59,150 nucleotides of DNA from Nanobdellota archaeon (lineage in GTDB: Archaea > Nanobdellota > Nanobdellia > Woesearchaeales > DATGWN01), in contig JBNJGI010000003.1 in NCBI GenBank assembly GCA_051819685.1, positions 1-59,150 of the forward strand, written 5' to 3'. This document shows positions 35,381 through 45,497 of this stretch, piece after piece. A program made the position numbers and the translations under genes. Under the pieces are notes generated by a model. The model saw nothing but the letters and a program-made list of their open reading frames with translations. It was not told where the DNA came from and ran no database searches. Every line of letters starts with the position of its first letter. Position 1 is the first letter of the stretch.

Positions 35381-36082
35381 ATGGGAGATGGTCCATTATT
35401 ATTTGATCTGGAAAGGGACGAGTTAGGGAATAATTTAGGAAAAATTATCCCTAGAGGTTCTTTAGTTCTTGTAGAAGGAGCTCCAGGAAGCGGAAAGAGT
35501 ATTATAGCACAAAGATTTCTTTATGGTTTCCTTGAAAACGGCCATACAGGAACGTATATTAGTACTGAACTTGATCTTATTGGTTTTATAAGACAAATGA
35601 ATTCTTTATCTTATGATGTTTCTCAACATATTATGGAAGAAAATATGTCTTTCATTTCTCTTCTACCACAAGTAGGAAAGCCAAAAATCAAAAAAAATCT
35701 TATCAATGATCTTTTTGAGTCTAAAAAAATGTTTGAGAATGATTGTCTTTTTGTAGACATGGTTACTAATTTCATGGTCGATGATAATATTACACAGGAA
35801 GAATGTTTTAAGATTATAAAAACAATAAAAAGCATAAATAGTACTAATAAGACTATTTTTTTTAATGTGGATCCTGACCAGATAAGCAAGACTTTTCTTA
35901 ATATCTTAAGGAATACTTCCGATATTTATTTTTTCACTGAAGTTAAGATGGTTCTTGGTAATCTTCTGAGGATAATGAATGTTAAGCGATTTAAGATGCC
36001 TGGAGGAGAAGTAAAAAATGCTGTACCCTATAAAGTAATCCCTAAAACAGGATTTTCAGTGGAGATTGCAAGTCTTAGTTAG
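35381..36082 (+). CDS. KaiC/RecA-superfamily ATPase, ArlH (FlaH)-like
   Basis: 233 aa. Walker A LVEGAPGSGKSIIAQRF, then YISTELDLIGFIRQMNSLSYDV, resembles the ArlH/KaiC-like family. Confidence 0.55.
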   Translation: MGDGPLLFDLERDELGNNLGKIIPRGSLVLVEGAPGSGKSIIAQRFLYGFLENGHTGTYISTELDLIGFIRQMNSLSYDVSQHIMEENMSFISLLPQVGKPKIKKNLINDLFESKKMFENDCLFVDMVTNFMVDDNITQEECFKIIKTIKSINSTNKTIFFNVDPDQISKTFLNILRNTSDIYFFTEVKMVLGNLLRIMNVKRFKMPGGEVKNAVPYKVIPKTGFSVEIASLS

Positions 36083-37274
36083 AATTTATTTTTTGAAGAT
36101 ACTTTTTTTCTTCTTCATCAAGACCTATCCATTCTGAGCTTGATAATATAGCATTTTTAATATAGCTGAAATCCTTAGTTACTTGTTTTATAGAACTATG
36201 TTGCTTTTCCGCAAGCTTCTCACATATACTTTTCCTTTTAGAATATTTCATGTTTGCCTGCCATATCTTAAGGATCCTATTACCTTCTTTATAATGAATA
36301 TCTATAGGATTTATTTTGTCTTTCGATAATCCTACTCCGGCAGTTAATAAAGCGTTTATATAGACAAGAAATCTCCAATGTTGTTTTCTTCTTATTCTGG
36401 ACATAAATACATCAGCTTTTGTAAGGCAACCGTATGCTTTAGCTCTTTCAATTTTACCTTGGTACTCTTTAGGCATATTATAATCAAGCCATATCATAAG
36501 CTTGTTATGATCCTCACCCACATCATCAAAAGATCTTAACATGTTCTTTGGATTATCTCCTTTAAAGATATTTTTTAATGTGTATTTCATTTCTTTATCT
36601 TGCATTCTTTCATCAAGATTATCGATTAAAGTTTTATCTACTTTACCGTTTTTCACAACCATTTGCAAATCATTGATTGCCGCTCTCATATCACCCTGCG
36701 CAGATTCTGCAATCATGGATTTGTGTTCTTCCTCCATTTCAAAATTTTCTTTTTTCGATATGGAACCTAATAATTCTTCTATATTTTTTTTATCGACATG
36801 AACAAATTCAACTAATGAGCTTATTTTTCTCACAGGAGATAATTTTTTTTCATAAGGATTAGTGCAAGTTATTATTATAGGGAATGTTGATTTTTTGATT
36901 ATCTTAGCGATTGTTGAAGCCGCACCTCTATCTTTTTGACCGGATATTCCATCAAGATTATCTATCAATATTATTTTTTTGTTTCCGAATAAACTTCCCT
37001 GATTCACCATATTTTTAAGCTTGTCTTCTATCAAATTTTTATTCATACCCTGAGAGTTGTTTATTTCAACTATATCATAATTGTATTCATGAGCGAAAGC
37101 ATAGGCAAATGATGTCTTCCCTGTTCCGCTAGGTCCATATAGCATTAAAGCTTTCTTTTTCTGATTATCATATTTCAGCAGAAATTTTAAGGAATTCTTT
37201 AAAGGTTCTTCATTGCCTTTTATATCAGAAATTCTCTGTGGTGTGTATTTAGTAGTCCATAGTTCTGATGCCAT
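36075..37274 (-). CDS. rfcL: Replication factor C large subunit
   Basis: WTTKYTPQRISDIKGNEE..., LMLYGPSGTGKTS Walker A, IILIDNLDG Walker B. 399 aa. Confidence 0.85.
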   Translation of the reverse strand: MASELWTTKYTPQRISDIKGNEEPLKNSLKFLLKYDNQKKKALMLYGPSGTGKTSFAYAFAHEYNYDIVEINNSQGMNKNLIEDKLKNMVNQGSLFGNKKIILIDNLDGISGQKDRGAASTIAKIIKKSTFPIIITCTNPYEKKLSPVRKISSLVEFVHVDKKNIEELLGSISKKENFEMEEEHKSMIAESAQGDMRAAINDLQMVVKNGKVDKTLIDNLDERMQDKEMKYTLKNIFKGDNPKNMLRSFDDVGEDHNKLMIWLDYNMPKEYQGKIERAKAYGCLTKADVFMSRIRRKQHWRFLVYINALLTAGVGLSKDKINPIDIHYKEGNRILKIWQANMKYSKRKSICEKLAEKQHSSIKQVTKDFSYIKNAILSSSEWIGLDEEEKKYLQKINSN

Positions 37275-37316
37275 AAATTAATAAAATTGAATGTATATAA
37301 AACATTTTTGGTTTAT

Positions 37317-37381
37317 TGGCACAATCACAAAATTCAAGCTTTACTTTAAGGCTATATTATCACTATTTTTATTTTATGTGC
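37317..37381 (+). mobile_element. MITE-A copy A5 (65-bp internally deleted derivative retaining both ends)
   Basis: GGCACAATCACAAAA...AAGGCTATATTATCACTATTTTTATTTTATGTGCC. Its interior matches the A6 subtype. Confidence 0.7.
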
Positions 37382-37428
37382 CAGATAATAAAAAAACATT
37401 TAAAACTTAATTAAATTATATTTTAGTA

Positions 37429-37890
37429 ATGATAGAATATTTTTCAGAACCGAGGTTTTTGATTATATTAATTATGGCTGTATTATTATTCATTACTGTT
37501 CTTCTACCTGATAAATATGATTTTTTTCTTAGCAGTCTTATTATGTTTTCTATAGGAGGGATACAATTATGTGATGCTTTCGATATTTTTTCTATTAAGA
37601 ATGCACAATCGCCTGTTTTTGATTTCGCTGCTATTTTTATCCTTACTTATGCTGCAAGGGATCTTGTATACGAAGGCATTAATGGGAATAAAGGATTACT
37701 TAAAATTTTTCTTTTTATTTCGGGAATTTTGTTGCTTTTATTGACTTCTTTACCTATTCTTTACGATGTCAATTTGATTTCTTTCGATCCTGATTTGAAT
37801 ATTTTCGGGAATAATATAAAAAGTTCTTTTTATCTTTTGAGCGGATTTATAATGATTATCGGTTCTTTTCTGATACTAGATGAATATTAA
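37429..37890 (+). CDS. Small integral membrane protein, unknown function
   Basis: 153 aa, 4-5 hydrophobic helices. Confidence 0.55.
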   Translation: MIEYFSEPRFLIILIMAVLLFITVLLPDKYDFFLSSLIMFSIGGIQLCDAFDIFSIKNAQSPVFDFAAIFILTYAARDLVYEGINGNKGLLKIFLFISGILLLLLTSLPILYDVNLISFDPDLNIFGNNIKSSFYLLSGFIMIIGSFLILDEY

Positions 37891-37892
37891 AA

Positions 37893-38906
37893 ATGTTATA
37901 TGAAAAAAAAGACAAAGTTTTTATGGTAGTGAAAAAGATTATCAATAATGTCATGCTAAAGGAAAATGATTTATTTACATTGGTGTATGACGACTCTACT
38001 GAAGATTTTGCAAAAAATGTTATAGAAATATTAGATACTGGAAAGATTTGTTTTTATCATTATAATCTGGATAAATTTGGAGAAAGACCTTTAAAAGATA
38101 TTCCAAAAATAGTTTTTGATTCTGCTAAAAAATCTGATGTTACTTTTATCGCATTGAAGAAAGAAATGAATGATAGTATAGAACATAAGAATGTAAGAGT
38201 TCCTCTTATCGGAGCAGGTAAGATTGGTAAAGGAAGAGTGGGAGCTATATATAATGTTCCTTCTGTCCTTTTTCCTGAAATTTTTAATTATAATTTTGAA
38301 AATATAAAAGATTTTAATTTAAAGTTGTATAATATGCTTATAGGTAAGCACAAAGTTCATATTAAAACTGATGCAGGTACGGATATAGAGATGAAAATAG
38401 ATTCTGATAAGTATAATCTGATTAATCAGGACGGTGATTTAAGTAAACCAAGCGACCAGCATAGTCTTCTTGCAGGGGAAGTTTATAGTGTTCCTTTGAA
38501 AACGGAAGGGAGGATAGTAGTTGATGGTTCTATGGGAGGAGAGTTTTCAAGATTCGATTTTGAGGATCAACCGCTTATTATTGATATCGAAGATTCTGTT
38601 GTAAAGAATCATTTTTCTGAAAATAAAAATCTTGAAAACTTATTTTCTAAGTATCTTGAAATTTATAGGAATTTTGATTGTGTTGGTGAACTGGGTTTCG
38701 GAACTAATTTTTCTTTAAAGAAATGTTATAACATTTTAGGTATTGATGAGAAATTTCCTGGCAATCATATCGCTTTCGGAAATCCTTATCCGAAAAAAAC
38801 AGGTGCAGACTGGGTATGTGATATACATGTTGATTGTGTAATGAAATTTTGCAATACTTGGATTGATGGAGAAAAAATATTAGAAAAAGGAAGATATTTG
38901 ATATGA
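37893..38906 (+). CDS. Aminopeptidase, M29 (AmpS/PepS thermophilic metalloprotease) family-like
   Basis: 337 aa. LLAGEVYSVP and VGELGFGTN resemble conserved M29 motifs. Confidence 0.5.
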   Translation: MLYEKKDKVFMVVKKIINNVMLKENDLFTLVYDDSTEDFAKNVIEILDTGKICFYHYNLDKFGERPLKDIPKIVFDSAKKSDVTFIALKKEMNDSIEHKNVRVPLIGAGKIGKGRVGAIYNVPSVLFPEIFNYNFENIKDFNLKLYNMLIGKHKVHIKTDAGTDIEMKIDSDKYNLINQDGDLSKPSDQHSLLAGEVYSVPLKTEGRIVVDGSMGGEFSRFDFEDQPLIIDIEDSVVKNHFSENKNLENLFSKYLEIYRNFDCVGELGFGTNFSLKKCYNILGIDEKFPGNHIAFGNPYPKKTGADWVCDIHVDCVMKFCNTWIDGEKILEKGRYLI

Positions 38907-38955
38907 ATTTTTAATGTTAAATTGTATATTTTTTCTAGGTTTACTTTTTGAAATT

Positions 38956-40866
<1,911 letters not shown>

Positions 40867-40952
40867 CTATATATCAAAATATAAAGGATTTATAAATGTA
40901 ATGTTTGAATTTAATTAAATTTAAAAATAATAGTAATTACACAGTAGTTAAA

Positions 40953-41423
40953 ATGGTTCAAGAAATAATAATACCTGAAAACAAAGAAGGAATAAAAAGG
41001 ATACATCAATTAAAAACAAAGCCTAATGATTTTAATCTAAATAGGGATGATTTTCCTGAAATGCCAGGATTGAATCTTGATAATATAATAATCCAAGTTT
41101 CTGATAATATTAATGAGGATGAGAGAAAACTTATATCAACAGAAGCGACTAAAGACATACATGCTGCTCTGGCTAATGTTTCTTCTGTTGAACCTAGTTA
41201 TTTGTTTAAGAAAGGTGTTTTTATTGGTGTTAAGTATGATAAAGATAATCCTGTTTTATTAACAACTAATATGGATTTATTTGATGGTGGAGTCGGAACA
41301 GGTTTAAATGCTCTTTATGGTACAGATATTATTTTGTTAGATAAAGATAAAGATTATTGGAATAATATAGTAGATCTTAGTTATAGAGCTTGTAAAAAAA
41401 ACTATCAGGATATAAAGGATTAA
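40953..41423 (+). CDS. Hypothetical protein
   Basis: The track ORF starts at TTG 40905. The in-frame ATG 40953 (MVQEIIIPENK) is preferred. No recognisable motif. Confidence 0.45.
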   Translation: MVQEIIIPENKEGIKRIHQLKTKPNDFNLNRDDFPEMPGLNLDNIIIQVSDNINEDERKLISTEATKDIHAALANVSSVEPSYLFKKGVFIGVKYDKDNPVLLTTNMDLFDGGVGTGLNALYGTDIILLDKDKDYWNNIVDLSYRACKKNYQDIKD

Positions 41424-42304
41424 TTTTTTGTATATATTATCTTATTTTCTTTAACTATTATAGAATGTTCAGCCTGTGCAACAGGTCTTTCTGAAACTTC
41501 TACCAACGGAGGATAACCTTTTATTATATTATTCTTTACAAGGTCTTTCAACCCTACTTTAGCATATGCTTTTCCGAATTTATTTTCTATATCTTTTCTG
41601 TCAAAAGGTAATCCTTTCCTTGATTTTATGTAAGGGATAATTTTTCTTGCAAAAGCGTTCCTTGTGGGTTTATCCTGGATATACATAAATACATTGTTCT
41701 CTCCTTTTTCCTTTATGTAACCTTCACCGTCTGTAATGAAAGGTTCTATTGCAATTACATCATTTTCTTTTAAAATTCTTTCATCCCCATTATTGAAAGA
41801 GGGTATTGATATTCCTCCATGAACCTTGTATTCATCAAGATTATGTCCAGATAAGTTTTTTATAGTAGTAAACCCATATTTTTTTGCTATTTCTTCTTGT
41901 GCTGCACCTATCTCTCCAAGTTTTACACCAGGTTTGATAATTTTTAAGGCATTCTCTAGAGCTTCTTCGGCAACTTTAATCAATTTTTCCTTGTCTTTAT
42001 CTTTGCCTATTAGTTTAGTTTTTGATGTGTCTGCTATATTTCCATCTATATGAACACCGATATCAAGTTTTAATAAATCTCCTTCTTCACACACAGGATC
42101 TTCTTCAAAAGAAGGAGAAAAATGCGCCGCAGTTGTTGTTGGAGAGGGTTGTACCCAAGCTATTTGTCCTCCTTCTTTGAGTATAAGTTTTTCAACAAAT
42201 TCGACTATTTCTGAATATTTAATTCCTTGTTTTATGTATTTTATACCTTCTTCTCTTGCTTTTACTGCTATTTTTCCAGCTTCAATTAGTTTTTTTTCAT
42301 CCAT
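41420..42304 (-). CDS. map: Methionine aminopeptidase, type 2 (archaeal)
   Basis: 294 aa. Pita-bread motifs DLLKLDIGVHIDGNIAD, GHNL and AIEPF, plus the AEHS ending. Confidence 0.85.
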   Translation of the reverse strand: MDEKKLIEAGKIAVKAREEGIKYIKQGIKYSEIVEFVEKLILKEGGQIAWVQPSPTTTAAHFSPSFEEDPVCEEGDLLKLDIGVHIDGNIADTSKTKLIGKDKDKEKLIKVAEEALENALKIIKPGVKLGEIGAAQEEIAKKYGFTTIKNLSGHNLDEYKVHGGISIPSFNNGDERILKENDVIAIEPFITDGEGYIKEKGENNVFMYIQDKPTRNAFARKIIPYIKSRKGLPFDRKDIENKFGKAYAKVGLKDLVKNNIIKGYPPLVEVSERPVAQAEHSIIVKENKIIYTKN

Positions 42305-43538
42305 TTTTTATTATTTTGAATATTTTATCGTTTTTTCTTAATTTTTTATTTGTAATAAATGTTATTATGTCGCCTTTTTCTGCTTTTTCTATAGATTGTC
42401 CGTCTTTTCTCATTTCTTTAACTTCAGCCCTATAAACTCCTGTAGTAGGGCCTGTGATCATCACTTGATCGCCTTTTTTTAAATCATTAGTATATATTCT
42501 GAATTCTCCCACTGATTTTTCTTTAAAATAGTTTTTTACCACTCCTAAACTTATTTTTTTCTCTTTTGCTTTAGAGCCATATATTCCCGACCATTCACCT
42601 GTACTGCTTCCTAAATAATACCCTCCATTCCAGAATCCCCTGTTGAATACTTTTTTCAATTCCTCTTCATATTTTTCTTTTTTATTTTTAGTGTATGTTT
42701 TTTTATTTATATCTTTCAAGGCATCATGGTACACTTTTACTACTTTATCTACATATTCTGCATTTCTTCCCCTACCTTCTATTTTTAAGACTTTTACACC
42801 AGCTTCTATTATTTTATCAAGTATTTTTATTGTACAAAGATCTTTAGGAGACATTATGTATTTGTTTTCTATTTTAAGTTCATCTCCTGTTTCTTCATCT
42901 TTAACTATATAAGATCTCCTGCATGCTTGTAAACAAGCACCTCTGTTTGCAGATTTGTTGTATTGTGCGAGACTCATATAACATTTTCCTGATATAGCCA
43001 CACATAAAGCCCCATGAATAAATAGTTCTATTCTTAATCTTTTCCCAGAAGGTCCTTTGATATCATTTTCTTGTATTTTATCGCATATTTCTTTTATCTG
43101 ATTGAGATTGAGTTCTCTTGCTAACACTATAACATCAGCATATTGTGAATAGAATTTTACTGCTTCGAAATTGGAAATGTTGCATTGAGTTGATAGATGG
43201 ACTTCAAGACCTATTTTCTTTGCATAAGTTATTATTGAGATATCGCTCGCAATTATAGCATTTATTTTATTTTTTTTAGCTTCATCGCATAACTTCTTAG
43301 CATTTTCTATATCTTCGTCATATAGTATTGTATTTAGTGTAAGATAGGAAATAATTTTGTTTTTTCTGCATATTTCAGATATTTTCGGTAGATCTTCTTC
43401 TTTGAAATTAGCTGATCTTGATCTCATATTAAGATTACCGAGACCAAAATATACACTTTTCGCCCCCGAATTAATCGCTGCTCTTAAAGATTCAAAAGAT
43501 CCTGCCGGAGCCATTATCTCTATCTCTTCATTCATCAT
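42297..43538 (-). CDS. Peptidase U32-family protein
   Basis: EIMAPAGSFESLRAAINSGAKSVYFG... and the Cys-rich E..HGALC...G.C..S region are typical of U32. Confidence 0.8.
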   Translation of the reverse strand: MMNEEIEIMAPAGSFESLRAAINSGAKSVYFGLGNLNMRSRSANFKEEDLPKISEICRKNKIISYLTLNTILYDEDIENAKKLCDEAKKNKINAIIASDISIITYAKKIGLEVHLSTQCNISNFEAVKFYSQYADVIVLARELNLNQIKEICDKIQENDIKGPSGKRLRIELFIHGALCVAISGKCYMSLAQYNKSANRGACLQACRRSYIVKDEETGDELKIENKYIMSPKDLCTIKILDKIIEAGVKVLKIEGRGRNAEYVDKVVKVYHDALKDINKKTYTKNKKEKYEEELKKVFNRGFWNGGYYLGSSTGEWSGIYGSKAKEKKISLGVVKNYFKEKSVGEFRIYTNDLKKGDQVMITGPTTGVYRAEVKEMRKDGQSIEKAEKGDIITFITNKKLRKNDKIFKIIKNG

Positions 43539-43788
43539 TTTTGTCTATTATTTCCATACCTTCCAGAAATTTTAGGCCTGCATCAGTTATTTTGATATAT
43601 AGGTAAGGTTCTTCTTCGTGTTTTTCTATAAGTTTCTTATCTATCAATTCATCAAGATAACCTACCATCTGTTTGTAAGAAAGATTTGCTTTATACATTA
43701 GTTTAGTTTGTTTAATCTTACCTTTTGATTTTCTTATTTCAAATAATATTTTGTAGAAAATCCTGAATTTACTCCTTTTTTTGCTCAT
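43528..43788 (-). CDS. Small winged-helix DNA-binding protein
   Basis: 86 aa with an archaeal wHTH pattern (...KQTKLMYKANLSYKQMVGYLDELIDKKLIEK...ITDAGLKFLE). 11-bp overlap with the U32 gene. Confidence 0.6.
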   Translation of the reverse strand: MSKKRSKFRIFYKILFEIRKSKGKIKQTKLMYKANLSYKQMVGYLDELIDKKLIEKHEEEPYLYIKITDAGLKFLEGMEIIDKNDE

Positions 43789-43831
43789 ACCATTAGTTAT
43801 TGATTTTTATTAATAAATGTTTTTGAAAATT

Positions 43832-43983
43832 ACCATATAAAATAAAATGAATGATGATATTGCCTTAAAGTAAAGCTTGAATTTAAAGTTATTAGTTAAA
43901 GACTTACAGGAGCGCAATTTCAATCAATTTTGCCCGGAGGTCGAATATTTGTTCGCAATATAACTCACTTTTGTGATTGTGCC
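43832..43983 (-). mobile_element. MITE-A copy A6 (152 bp, inverted orientation)
   Basis: Its reverse complement is collinear with A3 (GGCACAATCACAAAAGTGAGTTATATTGCGAACAAATATTCGACCTCCGGGC...). Abuts MITE-B2. Confidence 0.8.
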
Positions 43984-43987
43984 AAAA

Positions 43988-44141
43988 TAGTAGACGACAT
44001 AAATAAAGTATATTTTATATGGCGCAGGATAATTAAACACTAATGGTTTAACTATTACGAAATTTGACAGAATTAGTCTAGCCAAATTTCTGGGTTTCTG
44101 CAAGGCAATATAAAAATATAACAATCTTATGTCGTTAACTA
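43988..44141 (+). mobile_element. MITE-B copy B2 (154 bp)
   Basis: TAGTAGACGACATAAATAAAG...CTTATGTCGTTAACTA. Near-identical to 45300-45454. The track ORF 43924..44124 lies inside it and is spurious. Confidence 0.8.
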
Positions 44142-44187
44142 AAAGAGAAGAACTTTTTTAAAAGGTAAAAAAATATCCGCTGGTTTT

Positions 44188-45135
44188 ATGATTAATTTAC
44201 ATATAGAGCCTAGAAAAGTTTACAGCTGGGATGAATTTGTAAGGGATAAAGGTGAATATTCGATATCTCTTGATGGTTTCGTTAATTCTAAGACTATAAG
44301 GGATTCTAAAGGCCCTTGCGCTAATTATAATCATCATGAAGATGTTGATCGACTTTCTACAAGATCAACTTCAGAACAGGTTTATATGGATATTAATACT
44401 GGCTTATTTAAAATTTTCAGGAAAGGAGAAGAACCTTTTGCGAATATTTTCATTAATGACCCTGATGAAGATACATGTCTTTCTTGGTGGCTTTTGAAAA
44501 ATTACAGAAAAGTTAGTAATTATTCTGGTAATAGGATTGAAAAACTTGTAGATTTTGAGGATAAAATGGATTGTACAGGTGGAGCTTTCCCTTTTATGGA
44601 TAAAGAGATGAAAATGGAAGCTGCATGGATTTTTGAACCGTATAATAAAGCGAAATTAAAAGGAAAAATTGCTGATATGGGAGTTGAAGATATGAAAAAT
44701 ATCGTTTCTGATGTAGAAAAAAGAATTGATGCTTATATTGTTGATAAATCTGAAAAAATCAAGCTTAAAGGGCATTATAAGGTTTTGAAAGAAGGTAATG
44801 GTTGGACGATGGTTAAAGAGACTGGTCCTGAATCAAGATTAGCAATGTATGATGATGGAATTAATGCTTTTATATCTATCATAGCGGAAAGATTGGATGG
44901 AAGCAGGGTTGTTACTTTAGGTAGAAAATCAGAATGGATACCTTTCTATATAGAAGAAGCTTATAAAAGATTGAATGAAGCAGAAAAAGAAATTATATCA
45001 AATGATAACTGCTGGTCTGGAAGCAATCTTTATGGAGGATCTCCAAGGAAAACAGGTACTAAATTATCATTGGAAAAAATATGTGAAATTATAAATTCTG
45101 CAAGTAAAGCAGTATCTCCGATTAATGATTATTAG
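44188..45135 (+). CDS. Uncharacterised 315-aa protein with His/Asp-rich motifs (possible metal-dependent hydrolase); flanked by direct MITE-B copies
   Basis: Motifs NHHEDVD (aa 48-54) and NDPDEDT (aa 90-96). I cannot assign a family by eye. Confidence 0.6.
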   Translation: MINLHIEPRKVYSWDEFVRDKGEYSISLDGFVNSKTIRDSKGPCANYNHHEDVDRLSTRSTSEQVYMDINTGLFKIFRKGEEPFANIFINDPDEDTCLSWWLLKNYRKVSNYSGNRIEKLVDFEDKMDCTGGAFPFMDKEMKMEAAWIFEPYNKAKLKGKIADMGVEDMKNIVSDVEKRIDAYIVDKSEKIKLKGHYKVLKEGNGWTMVKETGPESRLAMYDDGINAFISIIAERLDGSRVVTLGRKSEWIPFYIEEAYKRLNEAEKEIISNDNCWSGSNLYGGSPRKTGTKLSLEKICEIINSASKAVSPINDY

Positions 45136-45256
45136 TTGTTAAAAATTATTAATAAAGGGATGTAATTCATTTTCAGGAGGAATAATATTATTGAAAGAAT
45201 TACTAACTTTTACGAAAATTAGCTGATTAGTCATTCTAATTTTCTGCTTTTACTCA

Positions 45257-45296
45257 AAGGCAATATAAAAATATAACAATCTTATGTTGTTGATTA
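45257..45296 (+). mobile_element. Partial MITE-B right end, tandem duplicate of the right end of B3
   Basis: 45257-45299 is identical by eye to 45415-45457 (43 bp). The match includes the copy-specific mutations and the 3 bp TTC beyond the element. Confidence 0.75.
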
Positions 45297-45299
45297 TTC

Positions 45300-45454
45300 T
45301 AGTAGACGACATAAATAAAGTATATTTTATATGGCGCAGGATAATTAAACACTAATGGTTTAACTATTACGAAATTTGACAGAATTAGTCTAGCCAAATT
45401 TCTGGGTTTTCTGCAAGGCAATATAAAAATATAACAATCTTATGTTGTTGATTA
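45300..45454 (+). mobile_element. MITE-B copy B3 (155 bp)
   Basis: Full-length copy in the same orientation as B2. It ends 43 bp upstream of ATG 45498. Confidence 0.8.
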
Positions 45455-45497
45455 TTCTTAAAGAAAATTTATAAAATATAAGTTCAATTAATTTTTT

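Noticed and set aside
43924-44124. 66-aa minus-strand ORF.
   Set aside because: It lies entirely within MITE-A6/MITE-B2 repeat sequence. The same reading frame is not maintained in other B copies.
45185-45235. AGGAGG followed by an 11-codon TTG-initiated mini-ORF downstream of ORF 44188..45135.
   Set aside because: It is too short, has no conservation evidence, and is probably a chance match in AT-rich sequence.
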